This document shows, piece after piece, positions 11,946 through 24,211 of a stretch of 64,000 nucleotides of DNA. The stretch is from Octopus sinensis. Lineage: Eukaryota. The notes under the pieces are model-generated. The model was not told the DNA's origin, ran no database searches, and saw only the letters and a list, made by a program, of their open reading frames with translations. Position 1 is the stretch's first letter, and each line of letters starts with the position of its first letter. Both the position numbers and the translations under genes were made by a program. The stretch covers positions 30,141 through 94,140 of the forward strand of contig NW_021833234.1 of assembly GCF_006345805.1 (NCBI RefSeq). Reading direction: 5' to 3'.

Positions 11946-13797
11946 TGTGACATGGGCGGCTGGATACGTATGGGCAACCGGTTACCTGACGTGACCTTGA
12001 AGCTTAACTTAATGTCAATATTGTAATTAATATTAAACTTCAAAGAATAATAACTTGTTAATTATTTTTTAAGTCTGGACATTGGCACAATCGAAATTTC
12101 GCTCATCGAATTTTTTATCTATTAAATTTAAATGTTTAAGCTACCTCAACGCGATTGTTCGATAAAATACTGATAATTTCTGCAGATGGATAATATGGAG
12201 ATTCAAACTTATCCAGTCGCAACGAAGGATTTGTTCCAAAGTCTTTTTTAACTCGAACCTAAACATTAATTTTTATGCATACCTTATCACCAACACTAAA
12301 TTCATACTTACTATTGTGAACATTCATTTTTCTGTTCATCGCTTTGTAATAATTAGAATTAGGATCAATGGGGTTGATTTCGAACTGAAATCTTTTCGGA
12401 CTTGTAAACGAATAATTACAATCATCTACATATAGAAATTCAAATTACATGAATTTTCAATTGGACTCGGACAATTGTTTGCATCATCGACTTGATCAGG
12501 ACTCAACAAATCATTACTTGAATTATCTAAGGAATAATTTTATAATTACAACCATAAAATATTGTATTTATTCCACTTATTCCCCGGTATCTTTCAAAAG
12601 GGCTCTCATTAGAAGATGAGTGGACAGAAATGTTATAACTGTACACTGCATTTTCTAATTTTTCCAGCCACTTTTTATTATCATTGTCGATCATTTTTGC
12701 CATTTTTCTTGTAATTGACTGGTTGAAGCGTTCGACAATCCCTTGTGAGCGGGGATTGTTTGGCCTTCCGTGAATTCGTTTGATATTGAATTCCTCACAT
12801 AGATTGGTCATTTCACGATTCTTGAATTCAGTCCCATTATCGGACTGAAGAAATTGACACGGACCATTTAAGAAAAATAATGATCTAAGGTTTTCACAAA
12901 CTTCATTTGAGGACTTAGTGTAGAGCGGCCTCGCAAATGCAAATCTATAAAAATTGTTAAAAAAACTAACCTGCTATATACGTCAATGACCGTTAAAATC
13001 CATTTAAAATTTTTATTTATAGTAGAAAAACTTTTCAGATCTATAAGATCTATCTGAAATCTTTCATTTGGGCAGATGCAAAGACATGGTTATTTATATC
13101 TCCAATCTAGGATTTAAAAAAGTTAAAACTTTTAAGGGTCGCGCAAATTTACAAATTTCACAGTTTCGAATGACTTTTCGAATAATCTCGTTTTTAACTG
13201 TGAAATATCGTTGTCGACATTCATATTCAATTTTGTTAACTCCTCCATGCGAGAAGTCATGCAAACTTTTAGCAACGATCTCCATTTCGGGTTCATTGTC
13301 TAGACAAATCACTAGCTTGTGATCTGAATTCGCACATTTAAGATACAATCTATACATTTACAATTTGTATGATACCTTTCATTAATTACAGTAAAATTTT
13401 CAATTTTCTTAACTAGTCTATATTTTTTTTGCTTTGTAAGATATTCGGGAAATTTATCCTGTAAAGCATCTTTTAAAATTTGATATTCCAAACTATTCTT
13501 TACATAACCTTTGTACGAGGACATTGCTGCAAAATATACTTGCACGCTAGAAATAATTCAAGAAATTTAGGTTTTCCATCAAAAAAAAATTAATTTCTGA
13601 TAATTAAATTCCTACAAATATAATTTTTTGTCAAAATGAGAGAGTCTTTAGCTAATTTAGTAAATTATTAAATGATAAGAATTAGTCGCGGTTTAATTAA
13701 AAGATTTATAATTTAATCCCATCAATGTCATAATTGCACATTTCAAGGTCACGTCAGGTATCACGCGGCCCATAGGTATCGCGCAGCCCATGTCACA
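11946..13797 (-). mobile_element. Ginger (Gypsy-integrase-like) DNA transposon with an intron-containing transposase
   Basis: 56-bp imperfect TIRs with TGT...ACA ends (11946-12001, 13742-13797); 5-bp TSD TATTA; HHCC (HDFSH...CEIC), QIDLID, SDNG-35-E (VER) core and FSVGDK-V-V tail. Confidence 0.9.
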
Positions 13798-13802
13798 TAT
13801 TA

Positions 13803-16093
13803 CAGTCGGACCTCGGTTTGAGCCACTTGGTGGCTCATAAACCGAGGTTGTATCATAAACCGAGGTTCGCTAATAATCCTAATTAACAGTACTTTAAGTA
13901 AAAAATAGTTCACAAGAAACAGATAGAAACAGTTCATAAGTTATACTTTTTTGAAATAATGCGTAATCTTTTCTCCAAAACGATTTTTATTCCGTAAATT
14001 AATCATTATTTTTTTCCTTAGGGCGTAGAAATCATTTAATAATTCTGGAGAAAGTTTGCATATATTTTCCTCCATATTATTAATAAGAGTCAGTGGATCT
14101 ATGATGTCTGTTGATTCAGGCCCATTATAAAAATTTATTTCGCTTTCAAGCAAATTCTTCGACAAAGACTTCGTTCACCATTTTGTCACGTCAGTATGAA
14201 TCTTCGAATTGATATTTATTGTTTCCTCCCATCTACACTCAAAAATTTTTTCCAACAATTTTGAATTTGATTTGAAGTTACATTGGCCCAGGCTTCAGAA
14301 ATTAGTTGCATCACATTCCGTAAATTGAGACTCTTGATTGCTTCCAAAAAATTGCTTCTATTTTCACAAATGCATACGAATTCGATAAGTAAATTACTGT
14401 AATTTGTCTTCAGTGCTTTAATTATGCCCATATCCAATGGCTGAACTAACGATGTAGTGTTTTTAGGTAAATATAAAAATTCAATGTTTGAATAATCGGA
14501 TAGTCTATGAGAACTAGCATTATCCAACAACATTAATATTTTTCGGTTTTCAGAAAGCATTCTGGTATTTAGTTAAAAAACCCAGCTTTTAAAAATTTCA
14601 GTTGTCATCCACGAATTTTTAGAAGAAGAGTACATGACGTTAAAAACATCAGGATTGAATTGTTTTAAGCACCGAGGGTTTCGATATTTGCCGATAATTA
14701 AAGGCTCCAGTTTCTCTCCAAGATAACTGCAGCATAGAAGCAGGCTAACCCTTTCCTTGTGCTGCTTAAAACCAAACGAATTTTCATCACATTGTACAAA
14801 TGACTTAGTTGGTGTATTTTTGAAATAAAGTGCAGTTTCGTCGCAATTAAATACATTTTCTTTACCATAATAAACAACTTTTGTATCTAATTCTTGGAAA
14901 AAATGAGGGAGCATAGATGTATCTGCGGAACCCTTTTCACCACACAATGTTTAAATTTTTTTTACAAATTGACAAATATAGTTAAACAACAAGAATAAAA
15001 TAGATATTAACCAACTAAATTCCCGGCCTCGTAAATGGAAACACAGTTTCCACGTACTATAGCCAAGGAAATCCTTTCGAGAAGCCACTTGGACTCGCGT
15101 GGGTCTCCCCGTTTATGGGAAATCATGCGGCCAAGCTTTTTCAGAAAGGAAAGAGACTTTTCGCCGATGACGCCGGAAGTCTCGACGGCGATGGGAGTGA
15201 ACAGATACCGTTCAGAGAGCTCCTTGTACTTTCCAATCTTCATCTTCTCGGTTTTGCGAGAGACTGAGCCAACTTCGACAGCTGAAGAAGGAAGGTTAAG
15301 CTCCGAGAAAGTGTCTGAACACGCCGCATCCATAACAGAGACTTGCCGAACTCAAACGGGAAAGTCGATAGACCGTCGGGTCTTTTTCCGTCTTTTTCGG
15401 AAAGTCGATAGACACAATGTTTTGTATTGTAAATTATATCGTTTCTTAAATCTTTGAAGCCAACCATTAGATGATTTGAAATTATTAAATGATAATTTTA
15501 AAGCGACCATCGACCCAATTTTCTTAATGGTCGGTCCAGATAAGGGAACTTTTTCAAGTCGCAATTTGTGAAAAATTTCGAAAACTTTAAGATCGAGATT
15601 TTTAAGCTTTTCAGAATCACTAGTTTGCTCGGATAAATCAGAATAAATAGTTCCATTATCAAGAAAAGGGAAATCTTTTTTTATACGTGAAATTGTAGCC
15701 CTGCTAACTTTGAAAATTTCCGCAATTCTGCGCTCTGAAAGCTGGTTCCGTTTCATATATTGGGCTATTTCGAGTTTTTTTTGTGATCAATTTTCATTTT
15801 AGGCATCTAGAAAACATAGAACAGTGGAAAATACTTAAACAAAGATAACAACGTGACAAGGAAAAAATTCTTTAAAATAAACGATAAAATATATAAAATA
15901 AAAATAATTATATTACAAAATATTTAGTTTATAGCAATTTTTAGATGGCTCATAACGAGGTCTATTTTTAATTGATTTTTACAAACCCCTTAAGAAAAAA
16001 GCAGTTTCAAAAAACGTGGCTCAAAAATAGAGTTTGTATCATAAAGCGAGTATGGATCATACCCGAGGTCTGGCTCATAACGAGGTCCGACTG
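13803..16093 (-). mobile_element. pogo/Tigger-like DNA transposon, interrupted by a CRE fragment
   Basis: TIR CAGTCGGACCTCG.TT.GAGCC at both ends; TA TSD; subterminal TCATAAACCGAGG repeats; CENP-B HTH (SNGWLQRFKKRY), NCDETAL, LLDNASSH, QPLDMGII. Confidence 0.92.
14953..15411 (-). mobile_element. Short 3' fragment of a CRE-clade retrotransposon
   Basis: DGKRPDG...KY..L..YLFTPIAVETSG...LSLAIVRGN; 11-bp TSD ACACAATGTTT at 14942-14952 and 15412-15422; A-rich 3' end. Confidence 0.88.
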
Positions 16094-16429
16094 TATTGGT
16101 TAAAAGTGATTTTCCGTCATTATTAGTGTATGTTCTTCTTGCATAAGAGTTTATCATTGTAACGTAGCATGGAATTTATCATTGTTTAAGAAATATATTT
16201 CAGAAATCGATTGACTTCCGCCAATGTTTTGGTAATCGTCCAGAAACAATGACACAGAATACCAACAGTGTTCTCAGTTGTATAAAGAAAAACTATTATG
16301 TTGATGTTTGGTTATTTTTTAAATGTTTTCTGATAGATATCATGAATTAAATTAAATTTTTTATGGACCACGTAACAAAAAGGAAATCTTTTGATAATGT
16401 TCAAATTATTCATTTTCAATACAGTGCCC

Positions 16430-17660
16430 TAACTCCTGAGAGGGTCTCGATTGCTTCTTTGTCTGTTCGACAATTTTTTTCCTCTGAAATCTCTCAGAGT
16501 CAATAGTAATGGTGGTGTTGACGGTCTCCATCCCATTCATCTGATCGACCTAATCTCCGATACTGGCGAAGCTGGAAACTATCTTTCACAATCTATCACC
16601 AAGCTATGTAACTTATTTCTTTGCGGAAATATATCTGAGCATGCTAGATTGCTTTTCTTCTTTGAAAACCTGACAAAATTAGAGAAAAAGAGAACGACAT
16701 TAGGTCTATTGCCGTCGAGAACGTTTTCCATCGTTTTTTTGCAAATTAGGATAAAGATGGTAATTCAATCCTTTTAGTAACAAACTCTAATCAATTATCC
16801 GCCATCCGTATTCTTAATTTTAAGAGGAATGCCCTTATTTTTCTTTTTCACAAACTTGCAGATATTGATCCTCACCCTGCTTACTTCATTCTCAAAAATT
16901 ATTTTTTGATCTTGAAAATCAACTATTCTTATTGCTTCGGATTTTTTCGACGCTCTGGTGCGTTCTTCCGATGAGGAAGAATTTTAATGTCAAGTTTAAT
17001 GAAAAACTGCCAATTCAAACTTTCTGTTACTTTTGGGCTTTTGGGCTTTTCTTCGCGTTCGAATTTCCTCTTCCCGCCGTTCTTTCATATTTTTCAGGAA
17101 TGTATCTTCTTGTTAATAAGATACTCGAAAAATCACCCAAATCACTGATATGAATTCTACATTCTTGCTTTGAAAGGAAGGATATTCCGTCTTATCGTCA
17201 GAAAGCTCTCTCTAACGTGAATGGGATAAAATTATTTGGGGACATTATCTTAACTCGCTGGAGCGTCTTTTAGACGAGCATAGACTAGCTTGCTTCCGTA
17301 TCAGTAGCCAACTGTATTCTGGCTCTTGGCTTAATTGTCTTCCTACGACCTAATTGGATACGTTTTCGACTCCTATCCCCTCCGTTTTTGAATATGCATT
17401 CGTTTCGGACCTACCTATGTACAATTCTCATCCCTGCCGTTGTGGATGGACACATACGGGCTTTATGTCCTTTTCTGCAAGAAAAGCGCAGGCCGTATAC
17501 CATCTCATTCAGCTCCTCAGATTATTTTTGAGGCCTCGAAAAGGAAGGGTATCTTTCTTTAAGCCAATTGATCTTAACTGTGGTGATAAAAAATGCCCTG
17601 ATGGCTCAACGTTGTTCGCTTTCGACACTGGAAAACCTTTAGTTTATGATGCCATGTCTT
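16430..17660 (+). mobile_element. Highly degenerate CRE-clade retrotransposon fragments
   Basis: GGVDGLHPIHLIDL...LCNLFLCG (RT N-terminus); SGSWLNCLP, CRCG, GDKKCPDG (RLE). Confidence 0.6.
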
Positions 17661-17939
17661 TTGAGTTTGTGGATGAAAAACTTTTTTACCTGAAAATGGA
17701 TTCAGAATGAGATTTTTTACTTCTGATGAAGCAGAATTAAAAATTTTAATAATTGAAATAACTGGTGTACTTTGTTATTTATGGACTGAATAAGAATTTT
17801 ACAATACAAGGAGAAGGTGGGATATTATAGAAAATGTTCATTTCTCAAGAGTAAAAAAACAAAAAAAACTTGATTTTAAAAATAAGTTTACGGTTAGGTT
17901 ATGGTTTGGGGTCAGAATTAGGTTAGATTACGTTTTGGG

Positions 17940-18866
17940 TTTTCCATCTCCACGGTCTAGTCCTATCGGTTCTAACATCGAGGGAAATCCAGCGGCGTTA
18001 AGCGCGCGCTTCACAACGTCATTCAATGAGGCGTGCCTGGGGATCCTGCCGGCACTGAGGCGACAAGAGAGAGGGTGTAAACCTCTCCTGTCAATGAGTT
18101 GTCCACATCTGCAATGGTGCGGCTGGCAAATCTCTATGCCAAGCCGTAAACAGATTCCGATGCGGACAGATTCGTCGTCCAGCAACATTCCAGCAGAGGA
18201 AATCGGCAAAGCGTCAAGCCAATCGCCCGAGTGGGGTTGACAGGCACAATTGATGCTTGCCAACTGAAATTGGTCAGCACGTAGGCGGATATCTTCGAGT
18301 ACATGGGAGCAATGTATATCATTCCAGTTCTTTTGAACTGAGGGGACGTCCGGGATTTTAAGCCCACGAGAAATCCACATGTTGACACCCGCCGTATATT
18401 CCAACAACTCGGGCTGTTCAGAGAAGGGGAAGAGAACAGAGTTGAAGGAACTAGCAGAGGCAGACAACGAGGAAAGGTAACATGGGAGGGATAAACCAAC
18501 ACAAGAACGAATGCCGATGCCCCCGTAACGAATAGGTAAATTAACCCGTCGCATGTCTGAAGGTTTGAATTTGATATTTACGAGAAGCTTAAAAGCTTTA
18601 GAGACCATGTTGTCGAGACCTGCTGCTTCATTCCCCTGGCTTTCGAGACCAGTGGGATAATTGGACCCAAAGCCCTTAAACTCCTCTCAGAGATTGGTTT
18701 AATCATCTCGAGGAGGAGTCACGACAGTCGTGAAACGAGCTGGCTTTTTCAGCGGATATCGTTCGCGATATTACGTGGAAATTTCCTGTCCATCCGCTCG
18801 GCGACTCATCTAAATTAGTTAACTTCTCTATTTTACTTGTTACTTTACTTTGGAAAAAAAAATTTA
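17940..18866. mobile_element. CRE-clade retrotransposon with an inverted 5' segment
   Basis: 17940-~18615 reads on minus (GGIGIR...CRCG...DRGDGK); ~18615-18818 reads on plus (FIPLAFETSG...ILRGN...*), then a 3' UTR ending in A9TTTA at 18866. Confidence 0.85.
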
Positions 18867-19162
18867 TGAAAGCTTTTTGTCGAATTTTAGAGTACACGAT
18901 GACATCACTGAGGAACAAATAAGGACTCAAAAAGAGAGTCAACTTGTTGATCTTTGCCTCCTCTGTTTTGGAAAATGCGTATTTCGGAGTCTCAGTGGAG
19001 ATGTTGAGGAAAGTGGAGGCTCATATTGCGTTTCAACTTTCCACACTTGAAAGAAAAGATAGTCAAAATAAATATCGTAGTTTATCCTGGTAAATTAAAT
19101 ATATTTGTTTAAGACACTTTGAAGTTAATTTAGAATTTGTAATGTTTCCATAGTATAAAGTG

Positions 19163-19606
19163 ATGAGTGAGGCGGTGCATGAACGAAAGTTAAACATTGT
19201 CAACCAGGATAGAATATGGTTTATGACAATGTGCTCTAGTGTAGGAAAGACCACATTGAACACGAACTACACTCGGCTAAGGTGTGGGGACAAAATTGGA
19301 ATTTTTTAACAAAATGGGACGAGGTTGATTAAATTAGCAAAAATTTAGTTAAATCCTGAACAAATAAGGCAACGGAGAAGGGAAAGAGAAAACGAAGTAC
19401 TTCAAAAAACGTACAATTGGAGTGGATCATACGTCGACACAAACTGTTCCACCCCAACTCCTAAACCAGTCCCTAAAACAACCAGCAGAGAAATAGGATG
19501 GCGTTCAACAATACCCGAACTACAGCTCGACCGATTTAACACAAAGACATATCCACAAGGATCTATTCTTAAAAAACTAAAATGGCCCATCGAAAGTGTA
19601 CTCTAA
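19163..19606 (+). CDS. CIMIP1: C20orf85/CIMIP1-like ciliary microtubule inner protein
   Basis: After removing introns 19219-19244 (26 nt) and 19324-19348 (25 nt): NIVNQDRIWK..E......WGQNWNFL...PVPKTTSREIGWRS...LKWP, matching the recalled C20orf85 pattern NLVGQDEIWK...WPQNWGFL...PQTTQGFIGWRS...LCWP. Confidence 0.8.
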
Positions 19607-22600
19607 CGCTAAAAAAATTTTATTTACTCAAATTCACAAATTACTAAATTTAGTTTTCGTCAATATTTTTATGATTTCGTAAATACTTTTATGATGAGTG
19701 GTTGGACTAACTGTCTGTGAATCCAACAGAACTACGTTCGTTACTCTTTAATCTCTTTTTATTTATTTATTTACCCCCGGCCCCTTCAATTGAAGGAAGC
19801 CGGTGGCTAACAAGAACGTTAGGGCCAATGTCGGACGCTCCCAAAGATCCCCGATCGTGATCCGGTGTTCCGAGGAAGTAGAAGGCGGGCCTGGACAGGA
19901 GAAAAGGTCGTTGAGGGAATAGGAAGGGGTTATTTCACCAAGACCGATTTTTATGCGATAATCGTGTAGGCCAGTATGGTGGCCACAGCGGAGACGAGCC
20001 AAGTTCACTCGGGCTTCTCTTGAGAGGGAGGATTCGATCTTATTAATTGGCGGCGGAGGGCGTCCCAGAAGCTTGTTTATTCCAAGACATCTGATTGCCC
20101 TCGTAGCCACCAGGTCGTGAATCCCCTTCTGGTTAATGTCCGGAGGGGATCGTATAAGCTTGCGGACTTTGTCCGCGAGGGTCGGAACTATTCTCCTGTT
20201 GTTAGTGGAGTGCCAGAGGAAGTAGCCAGGGTGATTTAGGGTTCGGCATTTGTTAAGAAATTGCAGCCCGAGCATTTCAAAATGGTCACTGATTGGAAGG
20301 ATTTTCGATTCCCAATGTAGGTGGTCGGTAGGTGTCGTTTTTAGACAGCCGGTAATAATTCGTAATGCTGAGTTTTGAGTTCTCTGAAGTTTTTCAAGGT
20401 TTGTATTAGATAAGCAGGAACCCCAAGCAGGGATGGCGTAGTTCATAGTTGTTCTAATAAACTGCTTGTATACAGTTGTTAGACTTTCCTTATCCTGCCC
20501 AAATGAAGTCCCCGCAATAGCTCGGAGCACATTGAGTTTTTTCTGGGATTTTCCACAGATATATGAAACATGTTTCGAGAAGGACAAACAGCAATCAAAT
20601 ATCAGACCCAAGATTTTGGGGGATTTTTCAACTGGGAGTGGAGTGTTGTCTAGGAATAGTTTAGGCTCTAAGTTGAACTGACGGCGGTCAGTTGTGAATA
20701 GCGTAACAGATGATTTGGAAGGAGAAGGTTGAAGAAGATTGCATTTCAGCCAGGACGAAAGAGTGTTCATGTGTTCCTGCAGAAATCCAGAAGCGGTGAT
20801 TATGTTTTGGTGGCGGGAGGCAAAAATTAAGTCATCAGCGTAGGAGAGAAGTAGAGTATTATTGTTCGTCGGGATATTTGACAGATGTAAGTTAAATAAG
20901 GCAGGTGAAAGGACCGAGCCTTGGGGAACTCCGTTAGGCAAGTATTTGTAGCGTGAGTAAGAAGACATGATTGTGGTGCGACCAAGACGCCCAGAGAGAA
21001 AAGAGAGTAGCCATGACTTTATTTGGTGGGGGAATTCCGTATCGGTTATTTTCCTACACAGAACGTGTCTTGACGTTCTGTCAAATGCCTTTTCAATGTC
21101 GATGGATGCAATAATTGTTCTTTGAGGTGGCTTATGATTGTTAAACCCATCCGCAATGAATTGTGTCAGTTTTGAAAGATGGGTGGAAGTGGAATGCAAA
21201 GAACGAAAGCCATGTTGAGATTCAGCAAGTGGGAGGAAAGGTTTTATGATGCTCAATACAACTCGCTCTGTTATTTTTGAAACCACTGAGATCAAAGAGA
21301 TAGGTCGAAAAGAGGAGGGGTCAGAGGTATCACGATTTGGCTTTGGGATAGGGATGATGGTAGATTTCTTCCAAAGCATAGGAACCAGACCATGGTTGAT
21401 CGAGTATTCGATTAAATTGGTCAGAGCCAGAAAGCCATTAGGACCCAGATTTTTTAGGTGGTGGATGGCAAGGCCATCAGGACCTCTGGCGTTAGAATTC
21501 CGCGAGTTAACAACAAGTTGCCTGGTAAATGATTCTGGGATGTTAATATAGTCAGTAGAATTGTCATTTGACTTATAATGTGATTTTCTTACGAAACGGA
21601 GATCCTTTGGGGTAGGAAGGTGACTGATTTTTGCATAATGGCGAATTAAGATGTTGGCTTGATCCTGGAAAGATAGGACAGATTTTTTGGTCGAGATACC
21701 GGTGGCATGTGAGAGGGGACATGTTTGCCTCGTGTGAATTTTCTTGAGGGTTCTCCAGAAAGCACGGGATCCAGTATTTGGGGTTATTGAAGTGATAAAA
21801 TCATTCCATTCGTCAGTTTTATGTTTCTTGATTAATTCGTCAATTTGTTTGTTGATTTCTGCTAGAGATTCTCCATTTCCATTGATAGAAGTCGACGATT
21901 TGATCCTCCTTCGTTTTTTGAATAGTTCAATGATAGGGGGGGAAGTGGAGGCCGTGATTTCGGATGAAGCCGCGGGGAATAAATTTTTGTCCGCAGAAAG
22001 AAGTGTACTAGTAAAGAAAGCAACGGCAGCGTCAAATGATTGAATGGAGGAGCAAGAAAAATTACTGAATATACGTTCAGTTTCACTCCTGAACGAGTCC
22101 CATTTCCCACGTTTGTAGTTAATGTAGGTCTTCGTAATTCTCTTCTTTACAGGGTGATGGTTTATTTTGATTAGAATAGGATTGTGGTCCGTTGGTAGGT
22201 CGTACAGAACTGTCCATTTGGCGTCGAGGGCGATGTTTGGGGAACATAAGGTAATGTCAGGAGAAGTGTTTGAATCTCCAGGTCGCGTTGCACAGCGGGT
22301 GTGTAGAAGAGGGTTGTTTAGAGTGATCAATTCTTCCGCATCCGTTGTGATTTGCTGGCCACGTTTGTCAGTTTTGTTTGTGGATAACCAGAGAGGATGG
22401 TGGGCGTTGAAGTCGCCACATAGAATACAGTTTTCAATTGAAAAAAGAGGCAGTAAGTTCGGTGTATAATTGGGAGCACATGACGAAATCGGGGGGATAT
22501 ATGTGTTAACAACAGAGTAACATATCTTGTTAATGTTAATTTGAATAGATGAAATTTCGGTAAATCGATCATTAGTTAAGAGAGATTCAATGTTGGCAGT

Positions 22601-22849
22601 TGAGTCTGCAAAGGGAATGGCCTCGTGAATGAGAGTAATGAGACCACCGCCAGGCTTTCCAGACTGGCGGTCACGACGAATGGTGGAATATCCCTTAAAA
22701 CGGGGGGTTTGGGATTTTGGAGTAAGTTTGGTCTCTTGAATAAGAGCTATATCAATAGAGTTCGTGTGTAGAAAGTAGCGTAGGTCATTGCATTTCTTGG
22801 AAATCCCGTTGATGTTCAATTGAAGGATGGTTAGTGTTCTAATAGGCTC

Positions 22850-22909
22850 AGGTCCAGGGTTTTGTTCCACATCTCCACACCGAATCAACAATAGAGTCAG
22901 GGAACGTAA
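22850..22909 (-). other. 2A-like ribosomal skipping (StopGo) peptide
   Basis: LRSLTLLLIRCGDVEQNPG/P matches D[VI]ExNPGP, with an upstream Leu-rich helix, immediately before the APE domain. Confidence 0.9.
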
Positions 22910-22977
22910 GCTTGGCGCTCGTCCCGTAGCCACTACCAACCAAACCGTTGACAGGTTGGTTGGCAAGGGGGAAAAAT

Positions 22978-23048
22978 TGGTTCTGTTTGTTGCTGATGTG
23001 AAATCAGCATCCAATCGTCTCCACGAGAAGGTGAACCACATGACGATT
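22978..23048 (-). ncRNA. Candidate HDV-like self-cleaving ribozyme at the exact 5' end of the retrotransposon
   Basis: P1 AATCGTC/GACGATT, P2 TGGTTC/GAACCA, P3-L3 ACC-TTCTCGT-GGA, GG for P1.1, P4 TGCTGAT/ATCAGCA, J4/2 ACAAACA. Folded by hand. Confidence 0.7.
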
Positions 23049-24211
23049 TTAATCTCTTTTTACTAAAATAATGTATTAAATGCGTCACGTTTTGAATTCC
23101 TGTTTAATATCGAACAGAGAAGATTTTAAATCAAACAGGTATGACTCACGCAATCGGAACAGTCTCCCAGTCTATCCATACGTTTAACGACTGCCACATT
23201 CTGTCGGTAGTAAACCTACAGTCCACAAAATAATGAAACCTCCAACGCCTCGACAACCCGAGATTTTGGTTGATATCCATACAATATTTTTAGAGGATAT
23301 TTTCCACAGCTTTATACAGTGCATCTGCTGCTCTGGAGTACAGGAGGAAGATGTCACAGGTAAGAGGCGATACCACGCTGGAGACGAAATCCAAAAAAAA
23401 TTTTAAATTTTTTCTTTAATTAAAATTGGACACTAAAATATTTATGAAAATATTCAAATACACGTTTTTTGCTGAGCTTTATTTCTAATTTTCTTCGGCG
23501 AGAAACCAAAATCCCATATTTTACAACGCAACGTAATAATTTAAACATATTTATTCCTCTTTTTCCGGCTGACCACCATTATTTAAACACACAAATAATA
23601 TTATTGAAAATAAAAATAACATGTATTAACATGCAACATGTATAAATCTTAATACGACATAATAAATATAATATGTATTAAACTAAATACTATATACTAA
23701 ACTATTAAATTTTTCTATAGATACTACATTTATTTGTTTAAAAACCAACTTATTGGCCCTAAAAATGCCTCTATGCTGGCTTCGTCGGCGGAGTAACCAA
23801 AGAATATCTTCGTAGATCCACCAGATTGACAATTTATGTCCCGTGGCGCATAAGCGACTATAGATGTGATGGGAGGTTTAGATGCCATTAGGAGTTTAGA
23901 CTACAGATTAGATGACTTACCTTGCCTAGCAAAAAACTCACTGTTCGATACTCTACCAAAATGGTTAGAATTGTGCTCAGCGTTCTCAACCAAACTCTTC
24001 AACACACATGAATCATTTCCCAGTGGGAGAGTGGCACATGTTCCCAGCACTCTACACGTGACACTAATGGACTCCCCTTGTGTAGCCTATCAACTCAGCC
24101 AACTGAATTTCCAACTAAACGGGCAAGAAAAGGAGCCCGTCACTTTCCACTCACATTTTAGAGACACACGAGCTCCAACTATACTAATTCTAATTTATTA
24201 TTTTAAAATAT

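Larger units (their letters stand above)
19762..23048 (-). mobile_element. Full-length, intact Ingi/Vingi-like non-LTR retrotransposon (single 1092-aa ORF: leader-2A-APE-RT, no RNase H)
   Basis: LQLNING, QETK, GDFNAHH, SPD, TDH (APE); SIDIEKAFD, GVPQGSVLSP, YADD (RT); (TAAA)n tail; 14-15 bp TSD TTTAATCTCTTTTTA at 19747-19761 and 23048-23062. Confidence 0.95.

Noticed and set aside
17890-17930. Telomere-like TTAGG repeat
   Set aside because: Only a few degenerate units (GGTTAGGTTATGGTTTGGGG); too short and irregular to support.
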